Assembly: GCA_051859245.1 (NCBI GenBank)
Contig: JBHYGA010000008.1
Location: 1-64,000, forward strand
DNA from: Gemmatimonadaceae bacterium
GTDB taxonomy: Bacteria; Gemmatimonadota; Gemmatimonadetes; Gemmatimonadales; Gemmatimonadaceae
Direction of reading: 5' to 3'
DNA length: 64,000 bases
A program made the position numbers and the translations under genes. The first letter of the stretch is position 1; the number at the start of each line of letters is the position of its first letter. A model generated the notes under the pieces. It did no database searches. It was not told the DNA's origin and saw nothing but the letters and a program-made list of their open reading frames with translations. Positions 57,034 through 64,000 of this stretch are shown here, piece after piece.

Positions 57034-58596
57034 ATGGCATTACCGGTCAAACAGATTCTCTGGGTCGACGACGAAGCCGAGCTTCTTGAACCCCACAAGC
57101 TTTTCCTCGGCGACAAAGGCTACGCCGTGGAGATGGCCACGAACGCGGACGACGCGCTCGAGCTGCTGCGGCGGCGTCCGTTTGATTTGCTGCTGCTCGA
57201 CGAGCAGATGCCAGGCACGCGTGGCCTGGCGGCGTATCGTGAGCTGCGAGAGTTTGCGCCATCTCTTCCCGTGGTGATGATCACCAAGAGCGAAGAAGAC
57301 GCCACCATGAAGGAGGCGATCGGCGCGAACGTACGCGACTATCTGGTGAAGCCGGTCACACCACGTCAGGTGCTCGCGGTTGTCACGCGCATTCTCGAGG
57401 GTCCGCTCATTCGCTCGCAGGCGCTGGCCCGCGGATTTGTGGAGCGGTTTCGTGCGATTGAGGCCGAACGTCATTCCGGACTCGACTGGCGCGGCTGGAT
57501 TGATCGCTGGGTGGAACTGGCGCAATGGGATGTTGACCTCGCGGACGCCGGCGAAATGGGGCTGCACGAATCGCTGCGCGGGCTCTATCCCGACATGCAC
57601 CGCGCGTTTGCGCAGTTCATGAAGACGGAGTATCCGCGATGGTTGCGCGATCTTGAAGGCGAACGTCCACCGCTTTCCGTAGACGTGGTGCCGGAGTTTG
57701 TCGCGCCCGTGCTGCGCAACGATCGGAAGGTGGTGTTCATTGTGATCGACTGCTTGCGTCAGGATCAGTGGAAGGCGATTGAGCCGTTGTTCGCGCCGCT
57801 CTTTGAGATTGAGACCACGCACTACTACGGCATTCTGCCCACGGCCACACCGTACGCACGCAACTCGCTCTTCAGCGGACTGTTTCCTGGCGAAATCGCG
57901 GCGAGATACCCCGATTGGTGGGGCGATCGTGACGACGAAACGCTGAACGCGCACGAGAAGGATCTGCTGCAGGCGCAGTTGAAAGACCTCGGCTTTGATC
58001 TGCCCGTTCGCTACAGCAAGATCACATCGCCCGCAGATGCCGACGATCTGCTGCGGCACCTGTCGAGTGCAATTGCCGGTGACGGCATCTCGGCGTTCGT
58101 GTTCAACTTTGTAGACTTGCTCACACACGGACGCAGCGAGTCCATGATTCTGTACGAAGTGGCGCGCGACGAGATGGCACTGCGTGCGCTTACGCATCAG
58201 TGGGTGCAGCGGTCTGCGCTGTTCGCACTCCTGCAGGATGCTGCGCGTCGCGGCATCAAAGTCGTGATCACCACTGATCACGGCGCGCTGCATTGCAACA
58301 CGCCGGCTACGGTATTCGCCAAGCGCGATGCGACGTCGAACCTTCGTTACAAGTTCGGCGAAGACTTGCGCGCCGAACGCGAAGACCAGGCGCTGCTCTT
58401 TACGAATCCCGACGATCTGCGACTGCCACACCGCGGGCAGTCCATGAATACGCTGCTGTCAACGGGCGACACGTTTTTTGTGTACCCCACGAAACTGCGC
58501 GAATATCAGCAGCGCTATAAGGGATCGTTTCTGCACGGCGGTGTCACGCCGGAAGAGTGCATTCTTCCGGTGTCGCTGCTGACGCCCAAACGCTAG
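57034..58596 (+). CDS. PorX-like response regulator with PglZ (alkaline phosphatase superfamily) domain
   Basis: REC (ILWVDDE, LLDEQMPG, MITKSEE, KP) plus IDCLR, LPTATPYARN, DLLTH, TTDHG, RYKFG and HGG. Confidence 0.88.
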   Translation: MALPVKQILWVDDEAELLEPHKLFLGDKGYAVEMATNADDALELLRRRPFDLLLLDEQMPGTRGLAAYRELREFAPSLPVVMITKSEEDATMKEAIGANVRDYLVKPVTPRQVLAVVTRILEGPLIRSQALARGFVERFRAIEAERHSGLDWRGWIDRWVELAQWDVDLADAGEMGLHESLRGLYPDMHRAFAQFMKTEYPRWLRDLEGERPPLSVDVVPEFVAPVLRNDRKVVFIVIDCLRQDQWKAIEPLFAPLFEIETTHYYGILPTATPYARNSLFSGLFPGEIAARYPDWWGDRDDETLNAHEKDLLQAQLKDLGFDLPVRYSKITSPADADDLLRHLSSAIAGDGISAFVFNFVDLLTHGRSESMILYEVARDEMALRALTHQWVQRSALFALLQDAARRGIKVVITTDHGALHCNTPATVFAKRDATSNLRYKFGEDLRAEREDQALLFTNPDDLRLPHRGQSMNTLLSTGDTFFVYPTKLREYQQRYKGSFLHGGVTPEECILPVSLLTPKR

Positions 58597-58599
58597 CCC

Positions 58600-60468
58600 A
58601 TGGCAACGCATACGTCTGAGATGCGGGCGGTAGCGCCGCTCAAGGTGTATCCGAGACTGTTCGCGTTCCTGCGCCCGCACCGTTGGCGCATGGTGCTGGC
58701 AGTGGTTACAAACGTAGGAGCGGCGATTCTCGACGTCTTCTCGTTCACGCTGCTCATTCCGTTTCTGAATGCGCTGTTCAAGTTGCCGCCACTCACCAAC
58801 TCGCCAGGGTTGGTGAACGACCTCTTGCAGGTCACGGTCGGCTGGTTCCTTGATTCCACCGATCCGCGCGGCTCTCTGCTCAGCGTCATTCTGTTCATTC
58901 TGGCCGTTGTCACGGCCAAGAATGTGCTGGTGTGGTTTAGCGGACAGCTCGGTGCGCAGCTGCAGGAGTACGTGCTGCGCGATTTGCGGAGTGCGCTGTA
59001 CAGCCACTTGCAGCGCTTGCCGTTGCCCTGGTTTACGAGTACCAAAGTGGGGCAGGTGATTGCGCGTGTTCTCACCGATACGCAGAACACCAAGGCCGTG
59101 ATCACCGAGTTGATTACACGCTCAATCATGAGCGGCGCACAGGTGATCGTGACGATTGTGGCGCTGCTTTCCATGTCGTGGGAGCTGACGCTGGTATCGC
59201 TGGTGGGCGCGCCGCTCATTACAGCGTCGCTGCTGCCGGTGCTGCGCAAGTTACGAAAGGGGCACCGTCGATTAGGTAATCAGCACGGTGAACTCACGAG
59301 CATTGTCCAGGAGTCGGTCACCGGCATGCGATTGGTGAAAGCATTCCGCGCCGAACCGTATGAAACGCAGCGCTTTCAGCAAGCCAACGAGGTGTTCGCC
59401 CGCGGCAACGTGAAAGTGGGTCGTCTGGCCATGTTGAGCGCACCGATTACGGAAACGCTCGGTACCGTGGTGGCCGTGGCCGTGCTGTGGACGGGCGCGC
59501 AGCTGGTCATGGTTGAGGAGACGATGGTGGGCTCCGAGCTGGTCGCGTTCCTGATCATGGTGATGCGCATGTTGCAGCCTCTCAAGCAGCTTGCGCAGGT
59601 ACCCACCGTGGCGCAGCAGTCGCTGGCCAGCGCGGAGCGAGTGTTTGAAGTGTTCGATGCACCGTCGGAAACCATGAACGATCGCGGCACACGCACCATC
59701 GCCGAGTTTAAGGAAGGACTGACGTTTGAAGGCGTGCACTTTGCGTACGAGGGCGGCGCCGAGGCATTGCGCGGCGTGTCATTCCGTGCGCGCAAAGGCG
59801 AGGTCGTGGCGCTGGTGGGGCCGAGCGGTGCGGGAAAGTCGACGCTGGTGGACCTGATTCCGCGGTTCGCCGAGCCTTCGCAAGGTCGCATTGTCCTTGA
59901 TGGTGTGAACATTGCGGACATCCGGTTGGATGCACTGCGTTCACTCACTGGCATTGTGAGTCAGGACACCGTGCTATTTAACGACACCGTGCGCAACAAC
60001 ATTGCGTTTGGTGGTCGCACATATACCGATGCGCAGGTGGAAGCGGCCGCACGCGCGGCCAACGCGCACGGATTCATCACCGAACTGCCCGACGGTTACA
60101 ATACGTCTCTAGGCGAACGTGGCGCGCGTTTGTCGGGTGGACAGCGTCAGCGGCTGGCCATCGCGCGGGCGCTGCTGCTCGACCCGCCGATTCTCATTCT
60201 CGACGAAGCCACGAGTGCGCTCGATGTGGAATCGGAGCGACTGGTGCAGGAAGCAATTGATCGGTTGCTGGAGGGCCGCACGGTGTTTGTGATTGCGCAC
60301 CGGTTGTCCACCATTCAGCATGCCGACCGCATTCTGGTGTTAGAGCGCGGCGAACTCGTAGAAGAGGGCACGCATCAGCAGTTGCTTGCCCGCGGTGGTA
60401 CCTACGCGCGGCTGCACGCAATGCAGTTTGACGGTGGCCGTACGGCCGTGTCGGCTGGCGCCGCGTGA
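58600..60468 (+). CDS. MsbA-like ABC exporter (TMD+NBD)
   Basis: GPSGAGKST, VSQD, LSGGQRQR, LDEATSALD and IAHRLST. Confidence 0.9.
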   Translation: MATHTSEMRAVAPLKVYPRLFAFLRPHRWRMVLAVVTNVGAAILDVFSFTLLIPFLNALFKLPPLTNSPGLVNDLLQVTVGWFLDSTDPRGSLLSVILFILAVVTAKNVLVWFSGQLGAQLQEYVLRDLRSALYSHLQRLPLPWFTSTKVGQVIARVLTDTQNTKAVITELITRSIMSGAQVIVTIVALLSMSWELTLVSLVGAPLITASLLPVLRKLRKGHRRLGNQHGELTSIVQESVTGMRLVKAFRAEPYETQRFQQANEVFARGNVKVGRLAMLSAPITETLGTVVAVAVLWTGAQLVMVEETMVGSELVAFLIMVMRMLQPLKQLAQVPTVAQQSLASAERVFEVFDAPSETMNDRGTRTIAEFKEGLTFEGVHFAYEGGAEALRGVSFRARKGEVVALVGPSGAGKSTLVDLIPRFAEPSQGRIVLDGVNIADIRLDALRSLTGIVSQDTVLFNDTVRNNIAFGGRTYTDAQVEAAARAANAHGFITELPDGYNTSLGERGARLSGGQRQRLAIARALLLDPPILILDEATSALDVESERLVQEAIDRLLEGRTVFVIAHRLSTIQHADRILVLERGELVEEGTHQQLLARGGTYARLHAMQFDGGRTAVSAGAA

Positions 60469-61553
60469 ATACACCGCGCGTTCGGTTGCTGCTGGCATCG
60501 TCGCGCGCGTGGGATGCGTCAACGCTGCAGCTTGCGCTCTTCGCTCAGGAAGCACGTGTGCGTGATTTGCCAGTGTCGGCCGTGGTGCCGAATGGTGCGG
60601 ACGCGTACTGGCGCGACGTGGCACCTGATGTCACGCTGTCAACATTCGACACCGAAGCGCGGGCTCGCGTGATCGCATCCACGCTGCGTGCGCGTGCGGA
60701 ATCGGTGCGCGCGAATGTGGCCGTCACCGACGATGAAGTATTGCGACGGCTGCTTGCCCGCACCGTGGCCGAACACGGATGTGTGTTGCAGCGATTGGCG
60801 TTTGGCGCAGCGCCCCAGGAGGCCTCACTCGGGTCGCGGCTGTTTTCGCGGCGTGTGCCGAGCGCGTACCTCTTGCCAACGTTGCGCGAAAAAATCAGCA
60901 CCGCACGTGAGCCGGCGAACAACAACACGTGCGAAATCCCGATGGCCGTGAGCCCGCGCGAGGACGTGCTGTTTCAGGCCGCGCGTGAAACACCGGTGTT
61001 GGTGATCGTACCGCACCCGGAGGCGCCCCACGAATCGCTGAGTGCGTTGCGCGCCGCCGCTCAGGTTGCCAAACGGCACGCGCAGCTGCGTATTCACTTG
61101 CTCGGCGCACCCGAAGCACTGCAACCGCTGCGTGTACACGGTGCCGCGCTGCAAATCGCGTCGCAGTTGACCACAGGACCACTCGGTGATGGAAGTAGAA
61201 TGCTGCCGGTGGGCACATTTGCCGCGTGGGTGATTGCCGAGGGTGACTCGGGCGCTTCCGTGGCGTTGCATGCAATGGCGCAACGTGTGCCACTGCTGCT
61301 GTGGGCGGAGTCTACGCTGATGCCGTTGGTTGAGCATGGTGTGACTGGCTGTGTGCTGGGCGGCGAGGGCGTGCTGGCCGAATCACTGGCGGCGGCCGAG
61401 TTGGCGCGCTTGATCGCGCACGACAATGAGCAGCGCGCGCTTGGTGGTGCGGCGCGACTTCGTGTGCAGCGGTTGCACGGGCCTGAGCGACTGTATGACG
61501 CGGTGCTCGAGGCGGTAACGCGCGTGCAAAGCGCGGCGCGTCGCGCGGCATGA
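60465..61553 (+). CDS. Divergent GT-B / glycosyltransferase family 4-like protein
   Basis: C-terminal EGDSGASVALHAMAQRVP...LVEHGVTG...LGGAARLRV resembles the GT4 EAM..G.P...G.TG region; translationally coupled to both neighbours. Confidence 0.55.
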   Translation: MNTPRVRLLLASSRAWDASTLQLALFAQEARVRDLPVSAVVPNGADAYWRDVAPDVTLSTFDTEARARVIASTLRARAESVRANVAVTDDEVLRRLLARTVAEHGCVLQRLAFGAAPQEASLGSRLFSRRVPSAYLLPTLREKISTAREPANNNTCEIPMAVSPREDVLFQAARETPVLVIVPHPEAPHESLSALRAAAQVAKRHAQLRIHLLGAPEALQPLRVHGAALQIASQLTTGPLGDGSRMLPVGTFAAWVIAEGDSGASVALHAMAQRVPLLLWAESTLMPLVEHGVTGCVLGGEGVLAESLAAAELARLIAHDNEQRALGGAARLRVQRLHGPERLYDAVLEAVTRVQSAARRAA

Positions 61554-62389
61554 TGGCGGAGCGTTCGCGCGCCTGGCGGCACTTGCTGCGCGATGCACGC
61601 GGGTGGATTGGTGTCAGCGTCGTTGGTTTGCTCGTGCTGCTTGCAATCGCCGCGCCACTCGTGGCCGGAGATCCGCTGCGCATCAGCCTCAACGATGCAC
61701 TGCAAGCGCCCTCGGCTGATCACTGGTTCGGCACTGACGTACAGGGGCGCGATGTGTGGTCGCGCCTGGTGTATGGCGCGCGTGTGTCGTTGCTGGTGGG
61801 CATCGTGTCGCAGGGCATCGCGCTGTTGCTTGGCGTCGCGCTTGGGCTGGTGGCCGGATACTACGGTCGGTGGATTGATGAAATCGTGATGCGACTCGCC
61901 GATGTGACGCTCGCATTTCCGTCGTTGTTGCTACTCATTGCCATGGCCGCCGCATTTTCGCCGTCGCTTACGGTGGTGTGCGTAACGATCGGTGTAGTGG
62001 GCTGGGCTGGCATGGCGCGGTTGGTGCGTGGTCAGGTGCTGGTGGTGCGTGAGCTGGAGTATGTGCAGGCCATGCGCGCGGTGGGTGCGCGTGACGCGCG
62101 CATTCTGGTGCGGCATGTTCTGCCGAACGTTGCGGCGCCGGTGCTGATTGCGGTCACGCTTGGTGTAGCCGGTGCTATCATGGCCGAGGCGGCGCTGTCG
62201 TTTCTTGGGCTCGGCGTGCAACCGCCAACGCCGAGTTGGGGCGCCATGATTGCCGACGGCCGCGACCTTTCGCAGCTGCGTGGCGCGCCGTGGACGTCAC
62301 TTGCGCCTGGTCTCGCCATTGGCGCGGCGGTGCTTGGTTTTAATCTCTTGGGCGACGCGGTGCGCGACGCTACCGATCCTCGTCGCTAG
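61550..62389 (+). CDS. Peptide ABC transporter permease (DppC/OppC family)
   Basis: HWFGTD..GRD..SR..YGARVSL, EYVQA.RAVGA, EAALSFLGLG...PSWG and NLLGD. Confidence 0.92.
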   Translation: MMAERSRAWRHLLRDARGWIGVSVVGLLVLLAIAAPLVAGDPLRISLNDALQAPSADHWFGTDVQGRDVWSRLVYGARVSLLVGIVSQGIALLLGVALGLVAGYYGRWIDEIVMRLADVTLAFPSLLLLIAMAAAFSPSLTVVCVTIGVVGWAGMARLVRGQVLVVRELEYVQAMRAVGARDARILVRHVLPNVAAPVLIAVTLGVAGAIMAEAALSFLGLGVQPPTPSWGAMIADGRDLSQLRGAPWTSLAPGLAIGAAVLGFNLLGDAVRDATDPRR

Positions 62390-62408
62390 ACATCTTTCAG
62401 ATTTTCAT

Positions 62409-63551
62409 ATGAGCACTGCTCCGCTTCGCGCACACTATCCGTGGATGTCGTCAGACGACGTCATCTATCTGAACGCCGCCAGCACTGGCCCGCATCCGGC
62501 GCGTGCGGTGGAGAAGGGGCGCGAGTGGTTGGAGCTGCGCGCGCAGCCACAGAACATCTCGATCCCGCACATGGTGAACGCCGCGCAGCACGCGCGTGAG
62601 CACTTTGCAGCGATGATTGGCGCAGAGAGCACCGAGATCGCGCTCATGCCCAATACTACCTACGGTTTGAACGTGGCCGCACGTGGATTGCCGCTGCGCC
62701 CCGGCACGATTCTCACCTTCGACGGCGAGTTTCCGAGCTGCGTGTATCCGTTCATGGCGCTTGGTTCGCGCGGTGTTGGCCTTGAGCGTGTGCCGTTTGG
62801 CGAAGATGGACTGCCAGACGAAAACGAACTGATCACGCGCATCTCACGCGGTGATGTTGTGGCCGTAGTGGTGTCGTGGGTGCAGTACGCGAGCGGCTTT
62901 GTGGTGGATCTCGCGCGGATTGGTGACGCCTGTCGAGCGGCCGGCGCCTTCTTTATTGTGGACGGCATTCAGGGCTGCGGTGTACGCGAGATTAATGTGC
63001 GAGAGCTCGGCGTTGATGTGTTTGCGAGCGGTGCTCAAAAGTGGATGCTGAGTCCGTGGGGAACGGGCTTCGTGTACGTGCGCCAGGAATTGCACGATGT
63101 GCTGCAGGCGCCTGATGTAGGCTGGGCGTGCATGACTGCATCGGCAGACTACGCGCATCTTACCGACTACAAGTACGAGTTCTGGCCCGACGCGCGCCGG
63201 TTTGAAGTGGTGACGCTCGCGTATCACGACTTTGGCGTGGCGAACGAATCACTCGCCGCCATGCGCGAAGCGGGCGGGCCGGCGGCGCTCGGCGCGCACA
63301 TTGAAGCGTTGGCGGATCGGCTCGTGGAGTGGGCGCAGTCGCGCAGCGATGTGAAGTTGTGGACGCCGGCTGACCGCTCGCGTCGTGCGGGTGTAGTTGC
63401 GGTTACGCCTGACGATATGTCGGGCGCGCTTGGTCGACTAAAGCGTGCCGGTGTGGTATGTGTGCCGCGCGAGGGCGCGATTCGGCTCGCGCCCCACGGT
63501 TACAACACGATGGAAGAGATTGAGCGGACGATTGCGGCGCTGGAATCCTAG
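62409..63551 (+). CDS. Aminotransferase class V (PLP-dependent, cysteine desulfurase-like)
   Basis: YLNAASTGP, NTT.G, EFPS, VDGIQ, SGAQKWML.P.G.G and IRLAPHGYNT. Confidence 0.88.
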   Translation: MSTAPLRAHYPWMSSDDVIYLNAASTGPHPARAVEKGREWLELRAQPQNISIPHMVNAAQHAREHFAAMIGAESTEIALMPNTTYGLNVAARGLPLRPGTILTFDGEFPSCVYPFMALGSRGVGLERVPFGEDGLPDENELITRISRGDVVAVVVSWVQYASGFVVDLARIGDACRAAGAFFIVDGIQGCGVREINVRELGVDVFASGAQKWMLSPWGTGFVYVRQELHDVLQAPDVGWACMTASADYAHLTDYKYEFWPDARRFEVVTLAYHDFGVANESLAAMREAGGPAALGAHIEALADRLVEWAQSRSDVKLWTPADRSRRAGVVAVTPDDMSGALGRLKRAGVVCVPREGAIRLAPHGYNTMEEIERTIAALES

Positions 63552-63582
63552 TTCGCGCCGAAAGGGCTGCGGCGATGAGAGC

Positions 63583-64000
63583 TTAGCGCCGAGCTCCCGT
63601 CCAGATCGCAACAATCCCGCATGATCCACCTCCTGTCAGCGGGATGAGTTCTGCAGGCGCATTCGCTGTACTCGGATAGATCTCAATTGCGGCTACAGAT
63701 CCGCCTCCCACCAACTCGTCAACCGTCAACCGCCTGTCGGCCGGCTCGGGCCCCGAGTAGTTGGGTGGTCGACGCTCGCGCGCCATTTCATCACCTGGTT
63801 GAAGCACGTCGTTCATTCGTACACCATCAAGCAGTATGGTCATCGCGCATGAACCTCGACCCGAAAGCGTCGAGCGCGAACGTTTGCCCTCTCGACGTAC
63901 CGTGACGTACCGTTTGCCTGCGAGCGCGTAAGAAGTCTGCATGGGTTTACGCTGATCCAGTTCCTCCGGCGTAATGAACTCGCCCACGATTGCACCATTC
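63583..64000 (-). CDS. C-terminal part of a TonB-plug-like domain protein (runs off the window)
   Basis: GEFIT.EEL, C....LDG, IEIYP....PAE and CG.V.IWT ending; the frame is open to the window edge. Confidence 0.65.
   Translation of the reverse strand, partial: NGAIVGEFITPEELDQRKPMQTSYALAGKRYVTVRREGKRSRSTLSGRGSCAMTILLDGVRMNDVLQPGDEMARERRPPNYSGPEPADRRLTVDELVGGGSVAAIEIYPSTANAPAELIPLTGGGSCGIVAIWTGARR

Overview
GC-rich bacterial chromosomal segment, most likely Gemmatimonadota (Gemmatimonas-like); this is inferred from the gene mix (PorX-like REC-PglZ, RpoD lacking region 1.1, YbbR/PASTA neighbours, beta-propeller and plug-domain proteins), not from a database search. Most of the window is housekeeping: ygfZ, glcDEF, a sigma-70 factor, aroB, PduO, FNR, peptide ABC parts, TamA/TamB, feoAB, lgt-tsaD, rpe-rsmB-fmt-def-yajC-tgt-queA-ruvB, ruvA-ruvC-yebC, an MsbA-like exporter and a kinase/GGDEF-EAL/HDOD cluster. 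No rRNA, tRNA, CRISPR array, transposase or integrase is visible. The best candidate for an undescribed system is a lower-GC cassette of about 2.5 kb (51.2-53.7 kb) between ruvA and ruvB. It encodes a small secreted 6-Cys peptide, a membrane-anchored DsbA-like oxidoreductase and a divergent secreted beta-propeller protein. The putative peptide promoter has a G9 tract between TTGACA and a -10 hexamer, so it may be phase variable. The cassette lies between two inward-facing arms of a REP-like element that also occurs, apparently empty, at 11.1 kb. Other oddities: an extremely GC-rich 150-nt hairpin (20.96-21.1 kb) whose core recurs at the window start, a Met/Pro-repeat insertion in a DUF3299-linked ABC permease, a Walker-A-dead DnaB-like protein, and a 51-aa FeoB-associated protein missing from the ORF track.
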